Notes: generated from the sequence alone by a model not told the origin. Counted from the stretch's first letter, positions 29,029 to 39,707 are shown. The stretch is 64,000 nucleotides of DNA from Clostridiales bacterium (GCA_017615325.1 JAGAAI010000074.1:20675-84674), one strand, 5' to 3'. Numbers and translations are program-made.

Positions 29029-29047
29029 CTTACGTCCTCAAGAGTCA

Positions 29048-30973
29048 TCAGAAATAAAGATTCGTGTCGATACCGTTCGTCATCTTGGAGTAATCGATCG
29101 TATCGTAGTAGAGATAGTATATATCTTCGCCCTCGGAAAGACCTGACGTGACTTCAGTATATTCAATGTCGGACTTGCCTGTCGTTATCTCGCGGAGCCC
29201 GCCGAGTTCTCCTGTCTGCTCGTCCTTGGTCGTGTAAACATAGGTCTTGTTGTTCTGCTGGACAAGAGATGCGATCGGGACAGCAAGTACAGGTTCGGAA
29301 TTGATGGTTATACTGACCTTGGCGGTCATTCCGGGCTTCAGTTCGGGAATGCGGTCGAAGCTTACGGTAACCTTAAAGTATGCCTTCTTGCCTGACAAGG
29401 TTCCCTTCCTTGAAACTGAGGTGACCTTGCCTTCAAATCTTGTATCTTCGAGCGCTGTAGGCGCTATGACACAAGGCATCCCCTCTTCCATCTTAATGAC
29501 ATCCTTGTCTTCCACTTTTATAGTGATCTCATAGGTCCCGGCTTCCTCGATCGAATAGAGGACTGCCTTATCGTTGATGTACTGTGTCTGCGGCATATCA
29601 GCATCCGAAGAAGGATCGGACATGTCAGGGATCATACCGGCATTGGGATCTATCGTGCCTCCGCCGTTGATAAGCGCATAATACTGCGCGGGATCGATCC
29701 CTGCAGGGATCGAAGGGATCGTAGGATCTCCCGAAGGCATTGTAACATCTGTAGGGATCGTCTGATCGGAATTATCCGTAGGCATAGTCTGATCAGGTTC
29801 GGAAGGAGCCGTGGGCTCTTCAGTCTTTGTCGTAGTAGTGGGTTCATCATTATCGTGCTTAACGATGAGAGCCATTCCTGCCTTGCCCTTATAAGGAGTC
29901 TCTTCTTCCTCGTAAAGATCTTCATCAAGACCTCTTACGATGCCGTCCTTTTCTGCAACTATATTGCCCGACTCATATATTGCGAGCATGTCCTTCAGAT
30001 CTTCAAGAAGATCCTCGCGCTGAGACATCAATGTATTGTATCTTTCGGAACTTACATCATCGGTCAGTGTAAAGAGTGTGTCCCCCTGTTCAACTGTATC
30101 TCCGACCTTAACCTTTATCTTTTTGATCTTCCCCGCAAAAGATGTGATCTTGAGCGGACAGTTGACATAAAGTTCCGCTTCACCAAGGTTATCACCTTCG
30201 TAGCTGACCTTGATCCTGTCACCGACACCAGGTGTCTTATCCGAGAATGTTACCTTCATCTCACCTTCAGAATATGCTGCGACACGGCCCTTGAGTTCGG
30301 TTCCGTCGGAAAGCTTCCCCTTTACTGCAGTACCTACTCCGATATTGACGTCAGTCTTAAGATCGCAGGCCATCTTGCCGTCAACAGACAGGATCAGAAG
30401 AGCGCCCTTATCGTAAACAACATCAGACACATTGTCGGAAACCTGCGCATAGATCTCCTTGACCCTGCCGTTGGAAGGCGCCTTGATCTTGCTGCCGGAA
30501 TTATCAACATCTTCAGTGTGAAGTTCCTTATCAAGATCTACGATCATCTTTCTGGTGTTTTCCATCGATGCGGCCAGAGATACAAGATCTGCCGTACCTA
30601 TGATGTCACCTTCCAAGACATTATCACCGTTCTTGAAATAAACTTTCTCAAACCCGATGCCTTTAACATATTCAAAATCTTCCTTGTCTCCACCTTTGAT
30701 CGTGCCTGAACGGACGACCTTGTGCTCGATCTCGCGCATGGAAGCCTTGATCCCGATAAGGGACTGTGATGTCAGGTCGTTGGTCTGCTCGGCATTCTTC
30801 TTGGAATAATATGTAAGCACATTTACACCAACGACCGTAGCTGCAACGATTATCGCGACAACGATGAGCCAGACCTTGGAAGACTTGCGCTTGCTCTGGA
30901 TATGCTCCTTGCTGCGGTCTTCCCTGCCCGGATCGAAAAGTATCTTATTATCATTAACATTTTGCATAGCCAT
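29048..30973 (-). CDS. HlyD-family periplasmic-adaptor-like protein (long form, adaptor 1)
   Basis: N-terminal transmembrane segment, lipoyl-like hairpins (GDNVLEGDIIG, GDTVEQGDTLF) and a C-terminal barrel (KPGMTAKVSITI). A Pro/Thr/Asp-rich insert is present. Start is set at ATG 30973, 9 nt after GGGGG. The ORF is open from TTG 30982. Confidence 0.75.
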   Translation of the reverse strand: MAMQNVNDNKILFDPGREDRSKEHIQSKRKSSKVWLIVVAIIVAATVVGVNVLTYYSKKNAEQTNDLTSQSLIGIKASMREIEHKVVRSGTIKGGDKEDFEYVKGIGFEKVYFKNGDNVLEGDIIGTADLVSLAASMENTRKMIVDLDKELHTEDVDNSGSKIKAPSNGRVKEIYAQVSDNVSDVVYDKGALLILSVDGKMACDLKTDVNIGVGTAVKGKLSDGTELKGRVAAYSEGEMKVTFSDKTPGVGDRIKVSYEGDNLGEAELYVNCPLKITSFAGKIKKIKVKVGDTVEQGDTLFTLTDDVSSERYNTLMSQREDLLEDLKDMLAIYESGNIVAEKDGIVRGLDEDLYEEEETPYKGKAGMALIVKHDNDEPTTTTKTEEPTAPSEPDQTMPTDNSDQTIPTDVTMPSGDPTIPSIPAGIDPAQYYALINGGGTIDPNAGMIPDMSDPSSDADMPQTQYINDKAVLYSIEEAGTYEITIKVEDKDVIKMEEGMPCVIAPTALEDTRFEGKVTSVSRKGTLSGKKAYFKVTVSFDRIPELKPGMTAKVSITINSEPVLAVPIASLVQQNNKTYVYTTKDEQTGELGGLREITTGKSDIEYTEVTSGLSEGEDIYYLYYDTIDYSKMTNGIDTNLYF

Positions 30974-30978
30974 ATCCG

Positions 30979-32205
30979 TCAACCCCCGTAATGAAGCGCA
31001 TCGATAGGATTCATCTTGGCTGCCTTATTGGCAGGATAGAGTCCGAACAGAATACCTATAACAAAGCAGAATGTGACCGCGATCATGACGATCGTCGGAT
31101 CCATGACGAATTCAACACCGAGGGATGCTGTGATCAAAGAACCTATCTTAAGAAGGACCCAGGACATGAATATGCCGATACCGCATCCAATGAGACAGAT
31201 AACGACCGACTCAAAGAGGAACTGTCTCAGAATTACGCCGCGCGATGCGCCGATAGCCTTGCGGATACCGATCTCCCTCGTTCTCTCCGTAACGGTAACG
31301 AGCATTATGTTCATGATGCCGATACCGCCTACAAGGAGCGATATGCCTGCAATGGCGCCAAGAACGATGGAAAGGATAGATGTAACGTCGCCTAACGCAT
31401 CTTCTATGTAAGAGATATCATATACCTCGACTTCGTAATCCTTATAATCCTTATCGAAAAGCGCCTGGGCATCAGCCTTGACCTCATCTATCGTATATCC
31501 TTCGGAAGGACCAAAGTAAAGTGTACATGTTGAGAAGTAACCCGATATGGACTCTTGGGCGATTATGCCATAGGGAACATAGATGGTGTTATAACTCCAT
31601 GTCATCATGGCCTCAAGGCTGTTATCGTTATCATCAAGGACTCCTACGATCGTATAGTCCAGGTCACCTACTGTGATGGTCTCACCGATACAGTCAAAGT
31701 AACCTATGTAATCTTTTGCAGTCTTCTCTGTAATAACGCAGACAAGGCTGTTGTTGTTTATATCGACAGGAGATAAGAGCCTTCCCATCAGGACTTTCTT
31801 TCCCATGATGGAAAAATACTCGCTCGTAACACCGGTCTGCATGACCGTATCATAATTACCGTTGATCTCACAATCAGAGAAAACTGTATATTCAATACCA
31901 ACACTGTTGAATGAAGGGTTGTCGGAAATCCACTTGTCGTGAGTCTCTTTCTTTGCTACTTCAGGAGGCACATCATTTGAAAACTGCGCATAGACCATGT
32001 CGTTGCCAAGCTCAGCTATCGTATTGGTGATCGATGATGTTCCGCCGTTGACGATACTTACGAGAACGACCAGTGCTATGACACCGATAATGATTCCCAG
32101 CATGGTAAGGAAAGATCTCATCTTATTGGAGAGTATCGACTTTATCGCCATCCTGAAAGACTGAACGATACCGGAATTGAAGATCGCATCAAAGAACTTG
32201 ATCAT
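30979..32205 (-). CDS. MacB/FtsX-type ABC transporter permease
   Basis: 408 aa with an N-terminal transmembrane segment, a large extracytoplasmic domain and a C-terminal FtsX-type three-TM bundle ([11 protein letters not shown]). Confidence 0.85.
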   Translation of the reverse strand: MIKFFDAIFNSGIVQSFRMAIKSILSNKMRSFLTMLGIIIGVIALVVLVSIVNGGTSSITNTIAELGNDMVYAQFSNDVPPEVAKKETHDKWISDNPSFNSVGIEYTVFSDCEINGNYDTVMQTGVTSEYFSIMGKKVLMGRLLSPVDINNNSLVCVITEKTAKDYIGYFDCIGETITVGDLDYTIVGVLDDNDNSLEAMMTWSYNTIYVPYGIIAQESISGYFSTCTLYFGPSEGYTIDEVKADAQALFDKDYKDYEVEVYDISYIEDALGDVTSILSIVLGAIAGISLLVGGIGIMNIMLVTVTERTREIGIRKAIGASRGVILRQFLFESVVICLIGCGIGIFMSWVLLKIGSLITASLGVEFVMDPTIVMIAVTFCFVIGILFGLYPANKAAKMNPIDALHYGG

Positions 32206-32876
32206 TGCTTCGTCACCTCCGATATCTTTCCGTCCTTGATCCTTACGACGCGCTTGGCTTCAGCCGCTACATCGGGATCATGTGTTATCAGGAGGATGGT
32301 ATTGCCCAAAGCATTGAGTTTCTTGAAGATCTCAATGATATCACGGCTCGTATGCGAATCGAGGTTGCCCGTAGGTTCGTCTGCCAGGATCAGTGAAGGC
32401 TTCGTAACGATAGCCCTTGCTATAGCGACCCTCTGCTGCTGACCGCCCGACAGCTCCGTGGGCAGATGGTGGACCCTGCTCTGCAGGCCGACTGCTGCGA
32501 CCGCTTCCTTTACCTTCTCGACTCTCTCGGATCTCTTCATGCCGCGGTATATGAGAGGGAGTTCTATGTTCTCCTCTACTGTCATGTTCGAAATGAGATT
32601 GAAATTCTGGAATACGAACCCTATCTTCTGATTACGGACCTCTGCGAGCTTATTCTCCGTATAGTACTCGATCGGGATACCGTCTAACATGTAATTGCCG
32701 GCATCAGCCTTGTCGAGACAGCCGATAACGTTCATGAGCGTGGACTTGCCTGATCCTGACGGACCGATTACGGATACGAACTCGCCCGGGTATACGTGCA
32801 TTGTTACATGATCCAACGCACATACTTCTTCCTCACCAACGAGGTAAACTCTGGTTATATCCTTAAGATCGATCAT
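32202..32876 (-). CDS. ABC transporter ATP-binding protein (MacB/LolD type)
   Basis: Walker [10 protein letters not shown], signature LSGGQQQRV and Walker [16 protein letters not shown] overlaps occur at both ends. Confidence 0.9.
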   Translation of the reverse strand: MIDLKDITRVYLVGEEEVCALDHVTMHVYPGEFVSVIGPSGSGKSTLMNVIGCLDKADAGNYMLDGIPIEYYTENKLAEVRNQKIGFVFQNFNLISNMTVEENIELPLIYRGMKRSERVEKVKEAVAAVGLQSRVHHLPTELSGGQQQRVAIARAIVTKPSLILADEPTGNLDSHTSRDIIEIFKKLNALGNTILLITHDPDVAAEAKRVVRIKDGKISEVTKQ

Positions 32877-34666
32877 TGTTCTTCACCCTGATCGCTCTCT
32901 TCTGCTTCCATGGAAGCAATGGCTGCATTATGCTCATCGATCTTGGCCTGAGCGGGGTCCTCTTCTTCCGTCTCTTCAGAGGTCTCTTCACCGTACATCA
33001 TATCGCTCATCGCGCTTCTGTCTGACTCATAGTAAACGGTGTCACCTTCCTTGAGGCCGTCCTTGATCTCCGTAAAGTCATCGTTGGAAAGACCTGTCGT
33101 AACATAGACCATTCCGCCGAATTCACGCGTCTCGCTGTTGTACTCTGTATATACGAATTCACCGTTGCCGGACTTGCGGATAGCAGATGTCTTTACTGAA
33201 AGAACATTATCTGCGCTGTTGACCTCGATCTTTACGGCTGCATACATTCCGGTGAGCATCTCATCAGTCTTTTCGAACTCTATCGTAGCTGTATAGATGC
33301 CGTTCTGCTTATCGGAAGGCTCATCGGAGATCTCCGTGACCTTTCCCTCGCCCTTGTAGTCTATAGCCTCGATCTCGATCTTTGCTTTCATGCCTTCCTT
33401 GATCTTAAGGATATCCTTCTCGGCAATACCGACATTGGCCGCGAAAGTCGTGTTGGGAGAGATCCTGGCAACACGGGTATAACCCGCTTCAACTTCCTCT
33501 TCCTCATCCTCGATGTTGGCAAGATCACTTCCTGTGTCCTGACCCATATAGTCGGCATAATCAGCAGGATTCATGGACATATCGTCATCGTTGTCTTCTT
33601 CCGTCTTGGCATCAGGATCGTAGATCGTCTTGATGACACCTGCTTCCCCTGCAAAGATACCGCCCTCTTTATAGATCTTGAGGTATTCATTAAGGATATC
33701 TTCCTGTTCTTTCCTCTGCTTCAGGAGAGAATCGTAATCAGCCGAGATCTTGGTATCGGACAAAGTAAGGAGCACATCTCCTGCCTTGACCTTATCACCT
33801 GCCTTGCACTTGATCGTCTTAACGGTTCCCTTATAACCCGTAATGGACAAGGGCTTATTGATCTGAACCTGTGCATCTGCGATGGTATTGTTGTTTTCAT
33901 CCTTCACCGTAACCTTGTCATCAGGCATAAGGACCTTATCTGATACGAGGATCTGAGCCTTGCCTGCCTTGACACGGCTTACCTGGCCCTTATATTCGTT
34001 GCCGTCCTTATCAAAGACCTTAACCTGATCGCCGGCCTTAAGTCCTGTCTCGGGAACATCACATGTCATCTTCCCGTCGAGTGATAAGACGATCAGAGCC
34101 CCGTTATCACATACGGTATCAGCAACAGAATCTTCTTCCTTACAGTAGATCAGCTTGACTCTTCCCTCGAGAGGAGCCTTAACCTTGCCTGAGATCTTAT
34201 CATCGGAAACGTCTGCTATGGAATCGTCCAGTGAGTCTATCTTGCCCTGAACCTGGGAGATCGCATCCATGAGCGAAGATTCCGTTACGGTCATGAGCAT
34301 GGTGTCTGCTGTAACCTTGTCGCCCTCTTCAACGAAAACCTCATCTACTTCCAGGCTGTTCCTTATATCAACAAAACTTATGTCTGCAAGACCTATTCCC
34401 CCGCCGCTCTCGACATACTGGGACAGGTCGCTTCTTGTAACCTGGGCCTGCTCGACATTAAGGTAGGTCTTGTTGATCATATCGTTGATCGCGTTCATGG
34501 CCATGCTGATCAGAAAAACGATCAGAGCGAACACGGCTACAACGGATATAAGAACGATGATGATTATCTTTCTCTTCTTGCGCTTGCGCAAATCGCGCTG
34601 CATCTTAATAAGCTCGGTATTCGACTTGGTCGAATTCCTGCTCTCGTCAACAGGATTCTCTGACAT
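32873..34666 (-). CDS. HlyD-family periplasmic-adaptor-like protein (long form, adaptor 2)
   Basis: N-terminal transmembrane segment and lipoyl-like hairpins (GDKVTADTML, GDKVKAGDVLL). Acidic inserts and an acidic C-terminal tail. Confidence 0.75.
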   Translation of the reverse strand: MSENPVDESRNSTKSNTELIKMQRDLRKRKKRKIIIIVLISVVAVFALIVFLISMAMNAINDMINKTYLNVEQAQVTRSDLSQYVESGGGIGLADISFVDIRNSLEVDEVFVEEGDKVTADTMLMTVTESSLMDAISQVQGKIDSLDDSIADVSDDKISGKVKAPLEGRVKLIYCKEEDSVADTVCDNGALIVLSLDGKMTCDVPETGLKAGDQVKVFDKDGNEYKGQVSRVKAGKAQILVSDKVLMPDDKVTVKDENNNTIADAQVQINKPLSITGYKGTVKTIKCKAGDKVKAGDVLLTLSDTKISADYDSLLKQRKEQEDILNEYLKIYKEGGIFAGEAGVIKTIYDPDAKTEEDNDDDMSMNPADYADYMGQDTGSDLANIEDEEEEVEAGYTRVARISPNTTFAANVGIAEKDILKIKEGMKAKIEIEAIDYKGEGKVTEISDEPSDKQNGIYTATIEFEKTDEMLTGMYAAVKIEVNSADNVLSVKTSAIRKSGNGEFVYTEYNSETREFGGMVYVTTGLSNDDFTEIKDGLKEGDTVYYESDRSAMSDMMYGEETSEETEEEDPAQAKIDEHNAAIASMEAEESDQGEEQ

Positions 34667-34702
34667 CTTGTTTACCCCTCACCCAAATAAATTTTTAAGA
34701 TC

Positions 34703-35242
34703 TCAATTCTCTTCCTGATCGTCAAAATTAAGATCCTTAGTTACGTCATATGGCTCGAAAGTCGTATTGAGGACTTCCTTTGCCGCATCAAGTTCAGCCT
34801 GAGCCTCTGCCTCTGCCTTCTCTATGGCTTCTGCTTCCTCGGGGGCAGGCTTTGAAAGATCAATGGCATCATACTTCTGGAAAGGATTCTGCGTCTTCTC
34901 GTAACCGCAGTAGTAGCACATCTTCTTAAAGATGTACTTCTCCATTGTCTGGAGGCCTCTTCCGCAGGAAGGACACTTAACGTCATCGGCATAATCGGTA
35001 CGGGTAGACAGTTTGGATGCAAGATCCAGCTTGGAATCGAGTTCGGAATATTCGTATCCCTTATCCTTCATCAGCATCCACATGCCGTGAACGAGGACTT
35101 TGAGTTCATCAACTTCATGCCTTAACTCGGCAACAGTAGCTTCTTCGGTAAACTCTTCAGCCATCTTCTGAGCCTTTGCCTCTTCAGGATTCTTGATGCT
35201 GTTCATGAATTCAAGCATTCTCTCATTCTCGGTAGATCCCAT
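34703..35242 (-). CDS. hypothetical zinc-ribbon protein
   Basis: 179 aa with CPSCG...CYYCG Cys4 spacing, acidic flanks, and RBS GGGGGAAG. Confidence 0.6.
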   Translation of the reverse strand: MGSTENERMLEFMNSIKNPEEAKAQKMAEEFTEEATVAELRHEVDELKVLVHGMWMLMKDKGYEYSELDSKLDLASKLSTRTDYADDVKCPSCGRGLQTMEKYIFKKMCYYCGYEKTQNPFQKYDAIDLSKPAPEEAEAIEKAEAEAQAELDAAKEVLNTTFEPYDVTKDLNFDDQEEN

Positions 35243-35258
35243 ATAATCTTCCCCCTAT

Positions 35259-36515
35259 TCACTTGATCTGGTCGCAGAATTCCGCTAAAGAAACCGCAAC
35301 ATTGTATATATTACCACTATCTGTCAAAATTGTCTCATCATTCTCGTTCGAAAGGAATCCCAGATTCAGCTGGAAAGCGTGGACCGACGTGGCATAATTA
35401 AGCCCCGAATAAGCCATCGTGGTAACAACCCCTCCGTCTTCCATGTTCTCTGCACCGGCTATGATCTTCGAAAGGTCCTTTCCAGTCGCAAAGTCTTTTG
35501 TCTTGCTCTTGCCGTACTCGGGGATACAGACCCTGACGCCGGTAAGCTCGGGATCCTCAACGCTCCTGGCCTCGAGCCTCAGATATATATCGCAGTTAGA
35601 AGATGTCGCGATCTTCGCCCTGTCCTGATTCGACAGATCTATGTCATTGGTATTCCTGGTAAGAACGACCTCTGCTCCGCACCCCTCAAGGTATTCTTTG
35701 GCCGTGAGTGCATAATCCAGCATCAGAGAAGATTCGGCAACTCCTGTCTTAACACCCTTGCCGCCTTCTGTTGCCGCCGGCTTGAAAGCTGTCTTGTTGG
35801 GCATCAGTTCTTCCGTATTAGGTGAAGTCTCTGCCTGATGCATGGGATCGATGACTATCTTAATGTTTGAAAGGTCCGGCGCATCGGCTTTAATCGGAAC
35901 AGGACTGGGGCTGGCTGTAGGCGCTGCAGGATCAGTAGTTTCTTTACTCTCTTCACTACTGCCAGAAGAAGCAGAAGAAGTCTCCTTTCCTTCCCCGGGA
36001 TCTGAAGTCTCAGAACTTTCGGTCGCAACAGTCGTATCAGGTTTAGCAAAAAGCCTGTTTATCTCTTCCTTGTTCGTAAGATAGGCCAAGCCCAAAGTCA
36101 TAAAGCAGCCCAATACGACGATAACGGTCAGGCCATTGACTATGCGGTTGAAGTTGGGGCGCTTTGTCTGCTTTAACTGCTTGGAGTCTTTTTTGATCTC
36201 AGCCTTAGAAGGAGTCTCGCTCTTTGCAGGTGTCCTTGCCTTTACAGCCGTCTTGGCTTTGCCCTCTTCATTCGTCTTAGCATTGCTCTGAGGCCGGGGG
36301 CGCTGCTGCGAAGGTCTTTGCTGAACTTTAGATCCGGCCTTGCCTTCCTGCTTCTTTTTGGGAGCAGTTTTTGCCAGGATCTTCCTGATGGCTTCATTAC
36401 GCTCCTCCGCATCCATCTGGCGGAAATGTTCGTATAAAGCCTTCTTCCTGTCAGGGGGCAGAGAGGCCAGAAATTTCTCAAATCTTGCTTTCTCGCTTGA
36501 ATTGAGGCCGGACAT
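35259..36515 (-). CDS. N-acetylmuramoyl-L-alanine amidase (Amidase_3-like) with basic N-terminal region and TM anchor
   Basis: The C-terminal ~200 aa starts KIVIDPMHQ...AEVVLTRNT, typical of the CwlC/AmiC-type fold. ATG 36515 lies 8 nt after AAGGAG. Confidence 0.7.
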   Translation of the reverse strand: MSGLNSSEKARFEKFLASLPPDRKKALYEHFRQMDAEERNEAIRKILAKTAPKKKQEGKAGSKVQQRPSQQRPRPQSNAKTNEEGKAKTAVKARTPAKSETPSKAEIKKDSKQLKQTKRPNFNRIVNGLTVIVVLGCFMTLGLAYLTNKEEINRLFAKPDTTVATESSETSDPGEGKETSSASSGSSEESKETTDPAAPTASPSPVPIKADAPDLSNIKIVIDPMHQAETSPNTEELMPNKTAFKPAATEGGKGVKTGVAESSLMLDYALTAKEYLEGCGAEVVLTRNTNDIDLSNQDRAKIATSSNCDIYLRLEARSVEDPELTGVRVCIPEYGKSKTKDFATGKDLSKIIAGAENMEDGGVVTTMAYSGLNYATSVHAFQLNLGFLSNENDETILTDSGNIYNVAVSLAEFCDQIK

Positions 36516-36639
36516 CAGCAATTCTCCTTAGTAAGTAAAATCAGTTTCTTTGAAGATTATAACATTGTTATATTAAAATCTTTTCGATTATTGTATATTT
36601 AATCCAAAGACCAATTATCCGGGAGCGTTCAGGACTGTT

Positions 36640-38349
36640 ATGGACAGATTTGCCAGCCTTATAAAGAGATCCTTCAAAGCATATAAGACACACTGGATCG
36701 CAAATATCGCGATCGTATTCCTTGTCAACATCCTGATCGGCGGTTATGCCCTGTCATCATCAGGACTCCTCCGGAACATCCAGCCTCAGGAATCTTTCAA
36801 GAACGCGGCTATCTCCAGGATAGAAGACAAGATCAACATAGATGAGGACCTTGCAGACCGATACGGGATCGATGACCTGGACAAAGGGACGGATAAGGCT
36901 ATCAAGTCTTTCGAGAGGGCGACCGGTAATTCCAACGCAGGAACGATAAGCGAACTCATCAACGGTGTTATCGGCATCAAGGAAGATGCCCCGGACCAGG
37001 GCATCCTTCAGGGAACCGAATACTACCGCGGCGTCATCACCACCATGATCAACAAGATAACATCTTCGGGATCGATCGTATTCGGCATCGTCGGCGGCGT
37101 CAACACCCTTATATTCCAGGACAAGATAGCAAACTCGGTCGTGATCTTCGTAGCGACCCTGATATTGCTTTTGATCACGATCTTCGTAAAGAACGTCGTA
37201 TCAGTAGGCATGTGCCGTTACTTCGCCGAGCACCGCCTCTACCGCGGTACAAAAGCTGACCGGATCCTCTTCGTCTACCGTTACGGCAAGACATTGAATG
37301 TCGCAAAGATCATGTTTTTACGGTCAATGTTCCAGGTCTTCTGGGATCTTACGATCATTGGCGGATTCATAAAATACTATGAATACTCCATGATCCCTTA
37401 CATCCTGGCCGAGAACCCCACGGTCAAGGCCAAGGAAGCCTTCCGCTTGTCCAAGGAAATGGTTAAGGGATATAAGTGGCGTATGTTCTTATACGATCTC
37501 ATCTTTATCCCGGGCTACCTTCTGTCAGGTTTCTCCTACAATATCCTCTCAGTCCTTTTCTTAGACCCCTTGAAGACCTGTCTCAACACAGAGATCTTCG
37601 CAGATCTGCGCAAGACCTGCATCAAAGAAGAGAAAGCAGATAAAGCCCTGCTCTGGGACAGAGGATTGGATCTTGACGACATGCGCCATGCATCCTACCC
37701 GGAAGGGATCTTCCCCCTGTCCCCCATCGCCCACAGGAACTGGCTCAAATACGATTACGAGAGAGACTATACATTCTCATCAATAGTCCTCCTCTTCTTC
37801 ACATATTCTATGGTCGGCTGGGTCTGGGAAGTATTCTATAATCTTTTCGATACGGGATATCTTTCCAACAGAGGAACATTAAACGGCCCCTGGCTCCCCA
37901 TCTACGGCTGCGGCGGACTCCTCATCATCATGCTCCTTAAGCCATTGAGACGCCATCCTGTATTCATGTTCCTTGGGGCAGTAATCTTATGCGGAGGTCT
38001 TGAATACTTCACTTCCTGGATGTTAGAGCAGCTCTTCGATTCAAAGTGGTGGGACTACACGGGAATGTTCATGAACCTCAACGGCAGGATCTGCCTTGAG
38101 GGCCTTATCATCTTCGGTGTCGCAGGGCTCATGTTTACCTACATCTTCTCGCCCATCCTGGATAATCTCTTCCGTAAGATCCCCGCAAACTTCAGGACTT
38201 CTCTATGCGCCATCCTTCTTGCGGTATTTATCCTGGATGTCATGTTCTCGGTCGCAAGTCCCAACAGAGGAGTCGGGATCACAGAAGAAGACACACCACG
38301 ATCATATAACACGGTGGTAACGACCGTCAGCGACCAATCCGACAGCTAA
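36640..38349 (+). CDS. polytopic membrane protein, apparent fusion of a DUF975-like half and a PF06541-like half
   Basis: 569 aa. The C-terminal part has the motif YSMVGWVWEVFYNLF and about six transmembrane helices. Family names are from memory. Confidence 0.6.
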   Translation: MDRFASLIKRSFKAYKTHWIANIAIVFLVNILIGGYALSSSGLLRNIQPQESFKNAAISRIEDKINIDEDLADRYGIDDLDKGTDKAIKSFERATGNSNAGTISELINGVIGIKEDAPDQGILQGTEYYRGVITTMINKITSSGSIVFGIVGGVNTLIFQDKIANSVVIFVATLILLLITIFVKNVVSVGMCRYFAEHRLYRGTKADRILFVYRYGKTLNVAKIMFLRSMFQVFWDLTIIGGFIKYYEYSMIPYILAENPTVKAKEAFRLSKEMVKGYKWRMFLYDLIFIPGYLLSGFSYNILSVLFLDPLKTCLNTEIFADLRKTCIKEEKADKALLWDRGLDLDDMRHASYPEGIFPLSPIAHRNWLKYDYERDYTFSSIVLLFFTYSMVGWVWEVFYNLFDTGYLSNRGTLNGPWLPIYGCGGLLIIMLLKPLRRHPVFMFLGAVILCGGLEYFTSWMLEQLFDSKWWDYTGMFMNLNGRICLEGLIIFGVAGLMFTYIFSPILDNLFRKIPANFRTSLCAILLAVFILDVMFSVASPNRGVGITEEDTPRSYNTVVTTVSDQSDS

Positions 38350-38373
38350 CCACAAGATGATTGCATAAAACAA

Positions 38374-38430
38374 TAAAAATGGCAGCAGTTACTGCTGTCA
38401 AAAGAGCAATATTCTGCTGCCACTTATTTC
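38374..38430. terminator. bidirectional terminator between convergent genes
   Basis: TGGCAGCAG (38380-38388) and CTGCTGCCA (38414-38422) form a perfect 9-bp stem, with an alternative inner hairpin. An A-run lies before it and a T-rich tract after it. Confidence 0.6.
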
Positions 38431-38455
38431 AGGTTATTGGAACTATTAAGTTAGT

Positions 38456-38950
38456 TCAGTTCTGCTTCTCGCGGCTGAAGGAAAGGAAATCCTTGCTGTC
38501 GAATTCGATCTTCTCCTGCTTGCCGGGCTGTTCAACTGAATTGACCTTCATGATGTCTCCATTCCCAAGATCAAACTCGAAAACAGGCTTATCATCTTCC
38601 ACTACGAAGTTGATCGTACCGAACATGGCTCCGCCGCCTCTGAATTCGATCGTAAAACTACCGTCTTCCTCGATCTTCATTACTCTCGCGTCAAGCTCGG
38701 TATCCTCGATCCAGACACCTGCGATACCCTTGATGTAAGCTGTTCCGTCGGGTTTAAGAGGCTCTTCTGATACTACCGGTGATGTATCCGATGTTGATTC
38801 AGTTGTCTCCTCTGTCGTTGTAGTAGCTTCTGTTGTTGTCTCAGTTACGGGAGCTTCTGTAGTTACTGAAGTCTTGCTGCCGGATGCGTTGCAGGCCGTC
38901 ATTGCAAAAGCCATTGCCAAAGCCGTAACGATAACTATTGATCTTTTCAT
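38456..38950 (-). CDS. hypothetical lipoprotein
   Basis: 164 aa with lipobox MTAC and a Thr/Glu-rich linker. Confidence 0.65.
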   Translation of the reverse strand: MKRSIVIVTALAMAFAMTACNASGSKTSVTTEAPVTETTTEATTTTEETTESTSDTSPVVSEEPLKPDGTAYIKGIAGVWIEDTELDARVMKIEEDGSFTIEFRGGGAMFGTINFVVEDDKPVFEFDLGNGDIMKVNSVEQPGKQEKIEFDSKDFLSFSREKQN

Positions 38951-38978
38951 TTCTACTCACCTTTCGTATTGGATTCCG

Positions 38979-39016
38979 GAAAAAAATCATTCCCGGATCA
39001 TCGGGAATGATTTTAT
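38979..39016 (-). terminator. rho-independent terminator after ktrA
   Basis: An 11-bp stem AATCATTCCCG/CGGGAATGATT is followed on the minus strand by TTTTTTT. Confidence 0.8.
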
Positions 39017-39056
39017 CATTATTTTCCTTGCTGTAAACTTACAATTTGAAGGCAGA

Positions 39057-39707
39057 TCAGCTGATCCTGAAGCACTTAAGGATTGCCTTATGATCACCTA
39101 TTACCAGGAGATTATATCCTTCAGTGAAAACATAATCAGGTGTGATGGATGCGTTGAGCTTGCCGTCCTTCTTTGTTCCCAGGATGTTGATATTGTACTT
39201 CTTCCTGATATCGATATCAGCGACTCTCTGACCGATCCAGGACGAAGGAATGGATACTTCGTAGATAGCATAGTTTTCATCGATCTCTATGTAATCGAAA
39301 ACGAGTTCAGAAGAATATGTGATCGCAGTCCACTTTGCAGCCTGCTTCTCAGGATAGACGACGTGGTCAGCTCCGTTACGGAGAAGGAACTTCTCCTGGA
39401 TGCTCGTCTCAGCACGGGATACGACCAGCTTGGCTCCCAATTCCTTGAGAAGCGACGTCGTCTCAAGAGAACTCTGGAAATCGTTGCCGATAGTAACGAT
39501 GCAGGCATCGTAACTGTTGATGCCCAAAGACCTTAAGAACTCCTCGTTCGTGCTGTCTCCGATCTGGGCATTGGTAACATAAGGCAGGACATTATTGATC
39601 CTCTCCTCGTCATCATCTACAGCCATTACCTCGTGACCAAGATCATTAAGTTCTTTGGCAACGAGTCTTCCGAATCTTCCTGTACCTATGAGCAATATCG
39701 ATTTCAT
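39057..39707 (-). CDS. ktrA: K+ uptake system peripheral NAD-binding subunit (TrkA/KtrA family)
   Basis: 216 aa with IGTGRFG (GxGxxG) RCK_N followed by an RCK_C-like half. Confidence 0.8.
   Translation of the reverse strand: MKSILLIGTGRFGRLVAKELNDLGHEVMAVDDDEERINNVLPYVTNAQIGDSTNEEFLRSLGINSYDACIVTIGNDFQSSLETTSLLKELGAKLVVSRAETSIQEKFLLRNGADHVVYPEKQAAKWTAITYSSELVFDYIEIDENYAIYEVSIPSSWIGQRVADIDIRKKYNINILGTKKDGKLNASITPDYVFTEGYNLLVIGDHKAILKCFRIS

Noticed and set aside
30979-32876. The MacB-type ABC transporter as exporter for the GG-leader peptide
   Set aside because: The transporter has no peptidase-C39 domain and is of the FtsX/MacB type rather than the ABC-B/PCAT type. It also lies ~19 kb away in an unrelated operon.
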